Part shown: piece by piece, positions 26,228-39,200 of the stretch | How the letters are laid out: every line of letters starts with the position of its first letter | Position numbering within the stretch: position 1 is the stretch's first letter | DNA from: Callorhinchus milii | Lineage: Eukaryota | Assembly (NCBI RefSeq): GCF_018977255.1 | Contig: NW_024704742.1 | Span: forward strand, 93,622,001-93,686,000 | Length of the DNA: 64,000 nucleotides | Reading direction: 5' to 3' | Program-made: the position numbers and the translations under genes | The notes under the pieces: generated by a model | Databases searched by the model: none | Seen by the model: only the letters and a program-made list of their open reading frames with translations | What the model was told of the DNA's origin: nothing

Positions 26228-27221
26228 TCAGGAATTCTGCTTCCACAGCTGAGATGTGCCGGATGTTGTGGCACCAGGATCGTTCTCTGGGTCATCTTTT
26301 TTCCACAAAAACTTCTCATTCTTTTTCCAGAGGGAGCCTTTCTCCCTTTCTTTTGAGTTCAAAGGTGCACTTTCACATAATCTCTCTGTCACTGATAAAT
26401 CTGTCAGTGCACTGACATACCCGTCACTAGCCTCGTTGAGAAAATCCCAAAAATCTTTAGATTTGGTTTTGCCTTTCGGCGCATGCCCAGAAACCTTTTT
26501 TGGCTGTAGAGCAGTAGGTTTCCTTCTTTCAAACAATTCATCCAGTATTGAAGTGTCACCGAGCAGTTCTGTGACTGAATCAGCTTTGCACTGTGTTGTT
26601 ATTCCTTGCTTGTTATCTGATTTGCAGGTTGACCCTTTTTCTGACAGCCCTGTCTCTTTGTAAGAGTGTTGAAGGTTCACAGAATCCCTAGAGCTTTTCT
26701 CACTCTTCTTTGGTGGTTTGTTCTTTGTGGGAGCAGTACTGGAACAGACTTCAGAGGTTGTACAGTATTGACTACCATTATCTTTAGTACAATAATTATG
26801 AGAATGCTCCTTTGAAAACCTTCTGTTCCGTTTTACATTGTGTGGTCTGCAATTACAGTCATACTTTTCTGAATTGATTTCATTTTGCATTTCAAAGCAT
26901 ACTGCTCTTTCCTGCAGATGTTGTTTCCTAAAATGATTTGTTTCTTCACCTGATAATTCCTGAATAAGAGAAGAATTTGCATCCTCACTGGTAGAACAGC
27001 CTGTGGTTGTGCTGAACCGTGACCTTGGCACTGTGAAATCACCCTCAAGTTCAGATTCTGGAAGTCTGTCAGGTAAGACGTCCTTCAACTCTGGATGTCG
27101 GGTTGTGTGAAAATTACTCAACATTGTCAGCCGCTGTGTAGAGGCGCTGCTTAAAATGTGCTTTGGCAATTCTTGCAAAGAGCCCACTTTAAAGTGCCCT
27201 GGCATTTCAGAGAGCTGTTTT
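26228..27221 (-). CDS. ERCC6L2: ERCC6L2 terminal coding exon ([12 protein letters not shown]...[12 protein letters not shown]...[10 protein letters not shown]...[13 protein letters not shown]...stop)
   Basis: 994 nt, tttcag acceptor, phase 2. Matches track ORF 26228..27280 and ends at TGA. Confidence 0.9.
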
Positions 27222-30200
27222 CTGAAACAGGAAAACAAAACACAGTATGTTTTCATTCCTTCAAGTAATTGATTCAACATTTAAAACAGACACATTACAA
27301 AAGATGGGAAAGAACTACTCTTAATACTCAACACTGCTGCTTTTGAAGTTTACTATCTACATTTTATAGGAAACTATGTAATGTTGCCACTTTCACCTAC
27401 AAAATACACTGTCATTACACTTGACAGTTTATCCTGTGAAGAACTTTGAGACATCCTCCTGATGTGAAAGACACTGTATCAAATATGTAAGGGCTATTAT
27501 TACTTGTTGGTATTAAAACAAATCTCTTATCAGGAAGAGAAATTGCTTTGCAACTTGTTTCACACAGTCCCGCTATTTCATTTAGGAAAGTTGCTGCTCA
27601 ACTATTGTAAATTGGTGAACCCCTCCATTGAGGTAAAGGAGACTGGCATCCTTTTTGTTCCTGGGTGCTGATGCAAAGCCATCAGCTGTTTCCTAACTCA
27701 ATACCAGCCAACTCTGCCTGTGCATTCAACTGGTATGGATCCTGAAAAGGACTGACAGCATTGGATAGACATCTGGTAATGAAAAGGATGTCAACCCCAA
27801 TTGCAATAACAGAAGCACTCGCTAAGTCTATACCAGACATTAGCTAAAGTTATTTCACTTTCCTTCTCACCTGAAGTTGGACTCCCACTAGTTGTCAGAG
27901 ATATTGTAAAGAAAGATTTTTCCTGTTTTGAAGATTTCTCGCTGTGAGAGACAGTGAGTCGAGCATCTTGCATTGAAAATTCTGTTTTTAACAAAAATAT
28001 TTTCTATAGAAGTATAAATTGACATGAGCTATGTTTATTGCATTTAGTGGTGACATCACACAACTTCTCACCCGGTAAGTGCTGCCTCACTTTATAACTC
28101 TGGTGCTAACTGTGCACCAATGCATACTGGTGCTGACTATCTAGCTTCCCGTGCCAAAAACCTCTGGATCATTAAGTCACAACTAGCGCCAGCGTGTTGC
28201 GTGCATGTGTGCTAAGCACAGAAAATGTTTCAGATATCACTTGCGAAAATTGCTCGGACAATACAGATCTTATTCACTTATCACTTTGATCTTCACGTTA
28301 TATTGAATATTATGGCTGAGTTATTCAGAAATGACGAGATAGAGCTTTATTAGACCTCTGTCTGACTAATAGAAAGTCATATTACTCACTCCCAACCATT
28401 CAGAATTTAGTAATAATAATCCTTGCATTTGTTATAGCGCCTTATCACATCTTCAAGATATCTCAAAGGGCTTCACAGAATATACTGTAAAGTGCATTGA
28501 CTGCATATTTTGTGGGCGAAACGTGGCAGTCAATTGCGCACAGCAGTGTCCCACAAAGAGTTTTGGATTAAGTGACCAATTCATTATTTAAAAAAATTGG
28601 AGGGAAGGAATTATTACCCCAGAAAAGCGGACCGCCAATCAACTAACAACCGGGTTCCTACTTACTGCTAGGTAAACAGAGGCGTGTAGAGTAAGGAAAC
28701 TTGCCCAACGTTTCGTCCTGCCGGGAATCGAACCCGGTCTCTTGCTTGCGAGGCGAGTGCTCTAACCACTGAGCTACAGGTCTCCAAGTAGTACATTACA
28801 TTCACAAGTTAAAGGAAAGACAATATCATAGAAATATTGTTTTGAGTAGTGCTATGAATATGTCCATATTCCTCCTAATTCAAATTAGATGTGTGCACTG
28901 ACAATGTGTTACTACAAAATGCTCAGAAGCATATAGTTATATTCCTCTAACCATGACGCAGCATGTCCTACCATCAGACAGCATGCAGCAATAATAATGC
29001 CTGGGCTGTCACTCACCAAACATTGAGTGCAATGCTTTTTATTTCCATATAGGAATCTTAGAATCACAGATGGTGTTAGGAGTCTAAAAAGTCTTGCAAC
29101 ACAAAAGATCTTCCAATATAAATTATAATGGCATGCTCTCCAGATTTTCCATTAGCCATTGATGTAAAAACATCAACATAATATGTGGCAATGCGAAAAA
29201 TTGCTTCCCGTCACTTACTAGCAGTTAACAAGTTGGTATTATTTTCAGATCCATGGCTAATCCTATTTGCAAGCTCCTTCTGTGATGGTGGGAGCAAACA
29301 AAAAAAACTGTTTGCAGCGAATGCTTGCACAGCTGCACCATCAGGCCTCAGGAAGAGACTGCTAGATCTGCACCATAGCCTTCAGAACCTGTGTGGGCCG
29401 TCTGAATTATTCAGCACAGCACCACTGAACAGCTGAACGCAAACAAAAAAACTGACCAGAGAACACATATGTGGCCTTTCAGCTCACCCACGATTACAAA
29501 TAAAGGCTCAATTGTCATTTAACCATATAATCAATTCATGTTTTCTCATTCATTGCTGCTCAATTATTGTATTATTGTGATGGCTGTCAAAACAAGGCTT
29601 CCTGAATCACAGATCGTGTGGGGGTGAAATATAGAGTGGGAAATGGTTCCAAACCCCATACCAGGCTATAGCTTCCTTACAATATTCAGATGCACCAAGA
29701 ATGCGGAGCAACAATGTAATCAGAAAGAAGTAAAAACCAAATAGCTTCAGGAAGCACTGTTGTAATACAAAAGGTGGAAGAGCAGTGAGATTCAGTCTGC
29801 ATCCTTTGCTCAGCTCTGCAGGTGTGATTGCCTTTGAAAGGCCTTGCAGCTTTGTATCTCTGTTCCTGTTTAAAAGGTCTTCATCAACACGAATAGAAAC
29901 AAAATTGTCAATGGAAAGTCAGGTTAAGCATTTCCTGTTCATGAATTCTGCACCCATCCTATCATTTGGCAATTATATCAGGACAGTGCATTTACTGAGA
30001 ATGGTCTGGGCTCCAAGCTCATATTACCAGTGTGTCCAATTTCTTTTTGCACTCACTCCACATACATGCACAAAAACAGAAAAGAAAGAAGAATTTAAGT
30101 GTCACCTACAGGTATCATATAAACAAGAAGAGAGATAATGATTACAACTGTCTCAGGAAAAAAGGACGCAAGACTTTTATGATTTTTGATCTCTCTGCCT

Positions 30201-33200
30201 TCTGGCTCACTCACCTACAGATCCCTTTAGGTGTTTTCCCACTCAAGAAGGTGGTGGCTCTAACTTGGTGAGCCTTCTCCTTGGTCTGTGTGACTGGATG
30301 CACAATTGAGAGGAGGCCGGGTAATGCTGGGCTCTCACTGGTCAGGTGTTTTTGGAAGGATTTTTGAGGGGAGGTACGCACATCATCAGTTTCTTGAAAT
30401 GTCTATAATAAAAGCAGCAGTTAAATACTTCATGGCAAAAGGGTTTTAAAACAAACATGATTCAATGAGCTGTTAACTCCTAGTAAGTGATTAAAGCCTA
30501 GATCCTGCCCATCAATTAGAATTTCTGATTTAATAATAATAATCCATGCATTTGATATGGAGCCTTCACATCAGCAGGGCAACTCAAAGGGCTTTTGAGT
30601 TGCCACCTTCAAGTTCCATCTCAAGACCCTCCTCTTCGACCATGCTTTCGATCGCCCTGCTTCCACCCCTGCCTTCCATCCTCCCCGACCCCCAGCTCGG
30701 GTCCGTAACTCTTTCTGTCCAGTGCCTTGGGACGTCCTCCCGACGTGAAAGGCACTTTACAAATGTAATTTTGTTTTTGTTGTTGTTGTTGCTTTACAGA
30801 TTGGGTGACCGATTTGCCGAACACCTCCATTCTTTCCGCAAGCACAACCCTGAGCTTCTGGTTTCTTGCCACTTCAACTCACCCTCCCACTCGCACTCTG
30901 ACCTCGCTATCCATGGTCTCCTACGCTGTTCCAATGAACCACAACGCAAGCTTGAGGAACAGCACCTCATCTAACTGCTAGCAATCTTACAGTGCTCTGG
31001 CCTCAATATTGATTTCAATCATTTCAGACCATAACAGCTCACCTTCCCCTTCCCCCTCTTCTGTGACCATTGCCACATTATCTAAGTCCCAGACACACCT
31101 TTTCTCTCTCTGGTCTGCCTGTTTTGTTGTAATTTCTCCCCCACTTTGTTTTGTATTATTAACACCTCTTTAACCCATCATCCCCTGTCCTCTAACCCAT
31201 TTCTCCTTTGTCTTCTTTGCCCTGCCTCCCCTCTCTCTGTTAGTCCTTAACAGCCTCGCCCTCCCAACATGCTCCAATTCTAACGAAGGGTCGTGGACCC
31301 AAAACGTTGACTCACTTCCCCTTTCTCCATAGATGCTGCCTGACCTGCTAAGTGTTCCCCTCAACTTCTGTTTTTGTTTCAGATTTACAGCATCTGCAGT
31401 ATTTTGCGTTGTGCTTTACATGATTCATTGTAAAGTCCAGTGTCTGAATTCTATAGGCAAATCTAGGGATAATTCTCATATAGAGAATACTGAACTGAAA
31501 CGCCCTCGATTTATATGTTTTAATGGATCTGCACATAACACACAATCACTCCAACATTGTATTTCACCAAGATGTGCCAGCATAATCTAGAAGTTCTTTG
31601 ATGTAAATCTACAGATTTATTAATGGTTTTTAAACAATTTTGCTTCAATGAAATTGCTGAAGAAATGATTACAAGCAGCAATACAAAAACACTCAATGAC
31701 TGTTTTCTTCCTCACCATCTTTTTTTACCTCTCCACTCCAACATCTATCTGTGGAATTTCCATGTGCTCTCAGTTTTGTTTGGATACTCTTAAGCATGTG
31801 TCAGATACCCAGCTGACAAAAATAAACCTCTCTTGAAGGAGGCAACTCTTGCTGAGGTAGCATTTTAGGGCACTGACAGTCATACAGCCCCCCCCCCCCC
31901 CCCCCCCCGAGGGAGATAAGATATCTTATCTGGATTCTGGCAGTCTATTTGATCACAGCAGCATCATAGACAAACCTTTCCTGGTACCCATACCATACAT
32001 CTACTCTTAACATACCAATATATTATACTGTTAATAATTGATATCAAAAAGAAAATGGGCAAAATGTAATAATATACCGCCTTTCATGTCAGGAAGATGT
32101 CTCAAAGTGCTTCACAGGGAAAAGTGTAGTGATTGTGTATTTTGTGAGTGAACACAGCAGCTAATTTGCACACAGGAATGTCCCACAACAGCTATGGAGT
32201 GAGTGACCAATTTTATTTGGGAGATTGGTAGCCAGAACACCAGGAGAAATTCCCTTCTCTTTTTGACTTCTGCCATGGGATCTTTAATATCCACCTGAAC
32301 AGTCAGACCTCAATATAACGTCCTATCTGATGGACGGCACCTCCAACAATGTAGCACAGCATTACACAGCTGCATTGCTGGAGTGTCCAGGATTTCCTCT
32401 TGCACACTATAATGGAATGCCAGTAGAGACTATATGAATTCCAGCTCCTGACTTTGAACTCACAACCTTTTGACTCAGAGGTGAGAGTGCTATCAGCTGA
32501 GCTAAGCTTGACACACAGTAATTTACAAACTTCCTGCAGTGACAACTGAAGGTTCTTTAAAAAATAAGATTCACATCCTTGGGTTCAGACTGAATGAAAA
32601 ACAGGTTCCACGGAAGCCCTTGCTTCCATCCTTCAGACATCCTCCACTTTGTCCAAGGACTAAGCAGAGCCTTGCTGATAAAAATCCGTATGCATCATCT
32701 TTTTGCACAGGATTTCCTCCTGGACACTCCCGATCATAGAAAAATTATTTTATTGATCTAAAAATAGCATATCGGCTGGTAATCCACTGGCTATCCTGTA
32801 AAAGCAGCTTCAGTTAGTGGCAAAAATGTTTTAAAGAGTACCAACGGAGCTCCAATGAGTTCAAACCACATCCCAGAAACTACAGGGGGTGTTTAGAGCT
32901 AAAAACCAGTTGATAACTACTGACTGAAATGCCACCATTTCAGAATAGATTTGATAATAAAATGTTTCAAATTTCCATAGCTTTGATAGGTGGTGTTAAA
33001 TAACCATATAAAAAAAATTCTCAAACTGTTCTAGTAGGTTAACATGTACTTGCTGTCTTTAAAACATGTACTGCTGCCTTTTTTATTTTCCCACTATATC
33101 TTGCTTCACCACTTTGACATGCACCATTTGACGGGCTGGCATATCCCTGGAAGTTATATGAGTTGGAAGGACAATGGAGAATGGATTGGCTCTACATCGC

Positions 33201-36200
33201 TACAACTACCATTGTTTAATGAAAGACTCCAGCAATGATCACCAGAGGAGCATCAGAGAACTGAACAGAACCATGGAAACATTTCATCATTCAGTGCTTC
33301 TCGGAAATAAAAGGATATGTTGTTAGACTTTTGGAGGTCAGGATTCAACAATGGAGCCCGGACAGGTTCCCCGGTTAGAATAAACCATCGAGAGAAAAAA
33401 AGATTTAGAATCAAACATGGTTCAGCTGAATTATGGATCAATGTAACAGCTCCATGTGGTGTAACATAAAGTGGATACAGGGTCATGTTCTGTCTGGTGT
33501 TTAATAAAAACTGTGCTGGTGGAGAACAGAGTTAAGATGGAACCCTGCTGACACTTCTGCAATGTCCTATTTTGGTTCCTATCACATTTAGTTACCGACT
33601 CCAAATATCTTTTGTTTCATGTAAGAAAAACATTTACAAAGAACAGGAAAAAGCTATGAGGAGACAAAGATAGAGCCTTTTGATTATAGTGTATCCACCA
33701 AATAAACTCAGAGGGTTTCTTTTCAAGTTGACAAATAGCATTTGAGTATTAATACAGTAATAAAAAAAACATATGACAAATAACGCTACTGATTCACCTA
33801 CCTACAGACACATCAACAACAAGACTATAGTTGTCTCTTCATGCACCAGCACTTGTACATCTTACGTTGATATTCCTCAAAGCACTTTCCAGAGTTTTTC
33901 TGCAATCTGTAGTGACTATATTTGTAGGCAATCAATTTGTAAACAGTCACAAAGTGAATGACCAATTTTATTTAGGGGATGTTGGCCAGATTGTGCCTTT
34001 CTGTTTTCGAAGAGTGCCATGGGTACTGAACGGGCAGACCGGACCTTACTTTTAACATTTTATCCAAAGAATGGCACCACGATGAGTGTAAGCATCTCAA
34101 TGGAGAGTGATTAGACTAACAGCTCAAAGCTGCAAATATTTGTTGAAAAAAATGAAAGAATCTCATAATAATAATCCTTGCATTTGATATAGTGCTTTTC
34201 ACGTCTAGATGTCTCAGAGCGCTTCACAGAATAGATTGTAAAGTGATATATTTTGTGGGAGAAACACGGCAGCCAATTGCGCGCAGAGCAGTGTCCGCAA
34301 ACAGTTATGGATTGAGTGACCAAATTATTATTATTTTTTTTTCTTGAGGGATTATTATCAGGCGTGTGGAGTAAGTAAACTTGCCCAAGGTTTCACCCTG
34401 CTGGGATTCGAACCCTGGTCTCTCACCTGGAAGGCGAGTCCTCTAACCACTGAACTCCAACCGTCATAACATCCATCTATGAATGAGGAGGCCTCTGTGA
34501 TGGAAGATCCCATCTTCTCGGATTAGTTATCTGATCAATTTTACATTGTAAGTACTTAAAGAATTTCTTGAATGTGACTAGTTACATGTTAAGCAGAGCG
34601 ACATATAAAGTGGAGTCCCTTATTAACATTTTGCATGGGAAGCAGCCTGGATATTGACAACTGGCTACTTAAGTAGTAGTGACAAGTTAAGCTAGGGTCT
34701 TGTTATCAGGAGTTTACTGATTTGTTCCAAATAGTGCCACGGCTAAATTTACAATTATCTGGAGTTGCTCAGAAACTTCCCCTCCAGGGTTGAAGTGTAC
34801 AATGGCACTACAGCCTACAGCTTTTGCAGTTCTTTGAGTTGCAAAGCATTCCAACAATATGATAGGGGTTTACTATTAATCCAGGTTTACTGTAAAGCAT
34901 CTCTTTACTTTCCCTGTCAACTCCTGGCAACAATACAGCAGACTGACAGTTTGTCGATCAGATTAGACCATTACCAAAATATAAGGAAAGTAGATATTGT
35001 TTCTCAGTCTCTGAGATGGTCTATAGTTTGGCCTGAATTCTTGATTTAATAGTCAAAACTGACAGCAGGAAGCAGAGGAGAGACTTGAACACTCCCTCCT
35101 CATCATATCTGTTGCCTTAGAAAATAAACTTAGGAATGAGTCTTTGCAAATCCCTCTAGTTTTGCATCCTTTTGTTATGCAAGAATAGATGCATTTACAG
35201 AATAAGCTAATAAAACTCTTGCTCGTCTCCAAAATAAATCCTTCTCTAAAAAGGCAGGTGTTGTGATGAGCATTGCTCCTTTTGACAACGCACAACATTC
35301 TGCTGGTCGCCTATCCAAACTGTCTTTCAAGCATCAAGTCAATGCCATGTGCTCTCGGCAATAGAAACTATTATACGGTTTCTTGTTATTTGAAAGAGAA
35401 AATAAACAAGCCGCACGATTTTAGGAGTAACAAATCTGGCATTTATCTACCATGGTGCTTTCATTGAAGGAAAAGAAAACCCATACATCACAATACATGT
35501 GGTAATTAATGAATGGACTGCCACAGTTCATTTCAAATTATTGGTGAGAACAGAAAACCTTAAAAATGTACAATATAATAGAAAAAGTGGCAAATTCACT
35601 GATATCTAGGCAGATCCTCTCAGAACACATAACTGGAGAATTGTTAGCCAATGACTACAGAGTTGTTGTGCTCAAATTGTCTGCCACATTCCTATATTTG
35701 TTTGGTCAGCCAGGTGTCTGACACATGCGGAAACCTATCACCATGCTTAAGAGTATCCAAACCAAACAGTTTCAATGCATCTCACATGGAAATTCCAGGT
35801 ATTGTTCCCCTACAATTACAGTTACTATAACTTACAGTAAATCCTATGAAGAACATTGAAATGTTTCAGCAACGCAATTTTATAAAAATTCAAGGAGTAT
35901 TATTATTTCCTATCTGTCAACAGCATAGCAGTTATTCTGAAACCATGTTTAACATGACTGTTAACAGAAGCAAGAACGAGCATTTTATTAATGAGCTTCC
36001 ACGAGATCCATTAAGTTCAGGCAAAACAGAAAATTGTGCAAAGCAATTCTTTAACCCTCCTACCCCACCGGCCAGAAGAGCAAATGCATAGCTGATTTTG
36101 CAATACATTACAAAGCTACAGCTTTAACCTATTGTCTGAAATACCTCAAGACAATAGACTGGGTATATATTATTGCACACCGACAGAATCAAATTTAGAA

Positions 36201-39200
36201 CTGCTCAGACAAGAAAAGCCTGAAACTGTTTCTATGATACACAAGCAACATAGGTGGATCAGAACACCACAATGAAAGTACTCTAAAGTTACACCAAGTT
36301 GACCAGGATCCAAAATAGAAGAGCTCTAATATTTATCATCAGTCTTGATTTAGAATCAAACCCAAAACACTAACCAGTACTTTTTTTCCTTCAGGAGAAC
36401 CTGCAGGAAATTTCCAGGTTCTATTACAGATTACCAGATTACAATTCTTAATTTTATCTCTTATCGCATAAAATAGATGCAGAGCATGATCTTTCTCAAG
36501 TCTTGGTTTTACCTCGCTCGTGTTCAAATTGGCAGGAATCTGGGAATACCGATTCAATTCAAACACGTCACGCAGTGCAGTGCGACTCATTCGATTTTCT
36601 GCTTTGCTGGATCCAATCACACGTTGATTTGAATGAACAAAAGCCACTTCCTGAACATCACCTGCAAAACAAATTGTGACATTTCAGAAATCCTGGCACT
36701 ATTACTATCAAAATCATTAAGTACATAACTGGAGTTTATTATTTGCCATGTGTCGATGCATATATATTTGGCATCATGTGAACAGAGGTAATTGCAAGTG
36801 TCCTTAAAAATGTAACAAAACAGAAAGAATTTATTAATTACATAGTTAACAAGATAATCATTCCCATTGTTATTGTGATAATTTAGAGCACCTGTGATTC
36901 CCTCTTACACATACACATAGTTTACACATGAGGCAGAATAGGTGTTTTTAAAAAGGGGAATGCTGCTGTGGGAAATCACAGCATTTATTCTGTATATGTA
37001 TTTTATACAAAAGTATAATTTCTCTAATTTATCTTTCCTTTAAATTTCACTCACAGTTTATCTAAACAGAATTACATTAACAAAACACTGCTAATTTTCA
37101 CCTCTTACCTTTTTCAATCAAATGAGAGGCTAACTATTAACAGAGGCAGAGAATTGATAAGTCTGGCACACTATTTTATTATTGGGATAAAATCCTTGGA
37201 TTCAATCGGAATCACCTGTAAAATACATTTAAATTCAATACATGTTCCTCAGCTTGCTAGGAATTAGCTTCTTCAATATCAATGTTTGGACTTTGTTCCT
37301 CCATTATTATGTTCTATTCCAGGGTTCACTATATAACTAATCTTCAACTACCAACTTTGTGGAGTCCTGCAGCTCAGTGGTTAGAGCACTCGCTTTGCAA
37401 GCGAGAGACCCGAGTTCAATTCCAGGCAGGGCGAAACCTTGGGCAAGTTTCCTTACTCCACACAGAGCCTAATAATAATCCCTCCAAAACAAAACAATAA
37501 TAAATTGGTCATTTTCAATCTACGACTGTTTGTGGGACATTGCTGTGCGCAATTGGCTGCCGCGTTCGCCCACAAATATACAGTCAATTCACTTTACAGT
37601 GTGTTCTGTGAAGCGCTTTGGGACGTCCTCCCGACGTGAAAAGCGCTATATCAAATGCAAGGATTATTATTATTATCAATAGTAATGTGAGGGACTTGCA
37701 AGCAATTTTAATTAAGGCATCAAATTAGAAGTGCAGATGATTTGGCACAACCCACATTTCTTTCCTTTCCCTATTCTAGCTGAGTTGCTGCACATCATAC
37801 AAATCAAGGGCTAAAGACTGAATCCACAATCTGCTCATCACTCTCACATATCACCAAAGATGGGTCGAACTCTTTCTTTCTATAGAATTCTATGATTCTA
37901 AGAGGAATGGGCTCAAATCAAGTTGGTAATATACCATTTACTGGTTTATTGTCTTAAAGCATTGTTCATTGTGGATTGCATCCAGCAGACAATAATAAAA
38001 GGCATATGTTTTAGGTCACACATAATGAATTTTACATGGAATCTAATTACAGAGAAGGCAAATTTCATACAAATCCATTTCATAAAAATACCAATTCCTC
38101 ACTGACTTCCTCACTCCCCAATCCACCACCCAGCGCCTCCGCTCGACTAGCACTGGTCTCCTGCTCATCCCTCGCACCCTCCACCCCACCATCGGAGATC
38201 GTGCTTTCAGCCCCCAAACTCTGGAACACTCTCCCTCAATCCCTCCGCCTTACCTCTCTCTCTCTCTCCTTTCAAGTCCCGCCTGAAAACTTTCCTGTTA
38301 GATCGTGCTTACGGCCAACTCCCCCTTCCCCCCGGCTCAGTCAGGTTCCGCCACTGTTAAGCGCTCTGAGACGCTACCCTGCGTGAAGGGTGCTATATAA
38401 GTGCAAGTTATTGTTGTTGTAGTATCTTTCAAGTCAGCATTGATCAAGTCTCGAAGTGCTTCACAGGATTTCCTGTAAAGTGGATTGACTGTATTTTTGT
38501 GGGTGAACATAGCAAATTGCACACAGCAATATCCTACAAACAGCCATTAATTGAATGACCAATTTTATTTGGGGGATTGGCCAGGACATTGGGAGAAACT
38601 CCCTTCTCTTTTCAAAGATAGTAGTGCCATGGGATCTTAAATCTTCTCCTGAACAGGCAGACTGGACCTTGTTTTAATGTCTCATCTGAAAGATGGCACC
38701 TACGATAATTTAGCACATCTCCAACACTACATTTGGAGTGTCAGCCTAGAGTACGAGTTCCAGGTCCCAATGGGGCTTGCATCTGATACAGAGACAAGAT
38801 TGAGCCAAACTGACACACCTAACACTATGTAGGCAAATAATTGTTAGATCTGTAATTACCCAATAACTTGTCCATTGATCCAGCCTGCTCCTCATGACTC
38901 CATTTTCTGTTTGCTCGAATGTGCTGAGGAGACCCCTCTTTAAACTTGACCCGCTTTGCTTTACCTTTAGCAACTTTCTCTGGCCTTGGCTTATGACAAA
39001 ACTGAACCCTGCTTTGTTCAGTAATAAGCCGGGTTCTTTTGATGGGAACATCTTCTCCAGATGATGTAAATTCACCAATGTTCTCAGAGTCCTCACTGCT
39101 GTCGTGGTGGGCTGTATTTTGAAGGAGTTGAGGTTTATTGCAAAAGCCTTTCCTGTGTTCCTCTGCTGTGTGTTTAGATTGATTAACCTTTTTAGCTGGC

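Noticed and set aside
35255..35400. Possible pogo/Tigger DDE remnant (ALLL/DNAQH, then [10 protein letters not shown])
   Set aside because: It needs a frameshift, the spacing is off and no TIRs were found. A tblastn or HMM search would be needed.
37361..37432. tRNA-Ala(TGC)-like sequence (also at 3685, 7935, 57962 and 28715-28786)
   Set aside because: These are SINE heads. Each continues into the Deu core and L2-type tail, and the acceptor stem does not pair.
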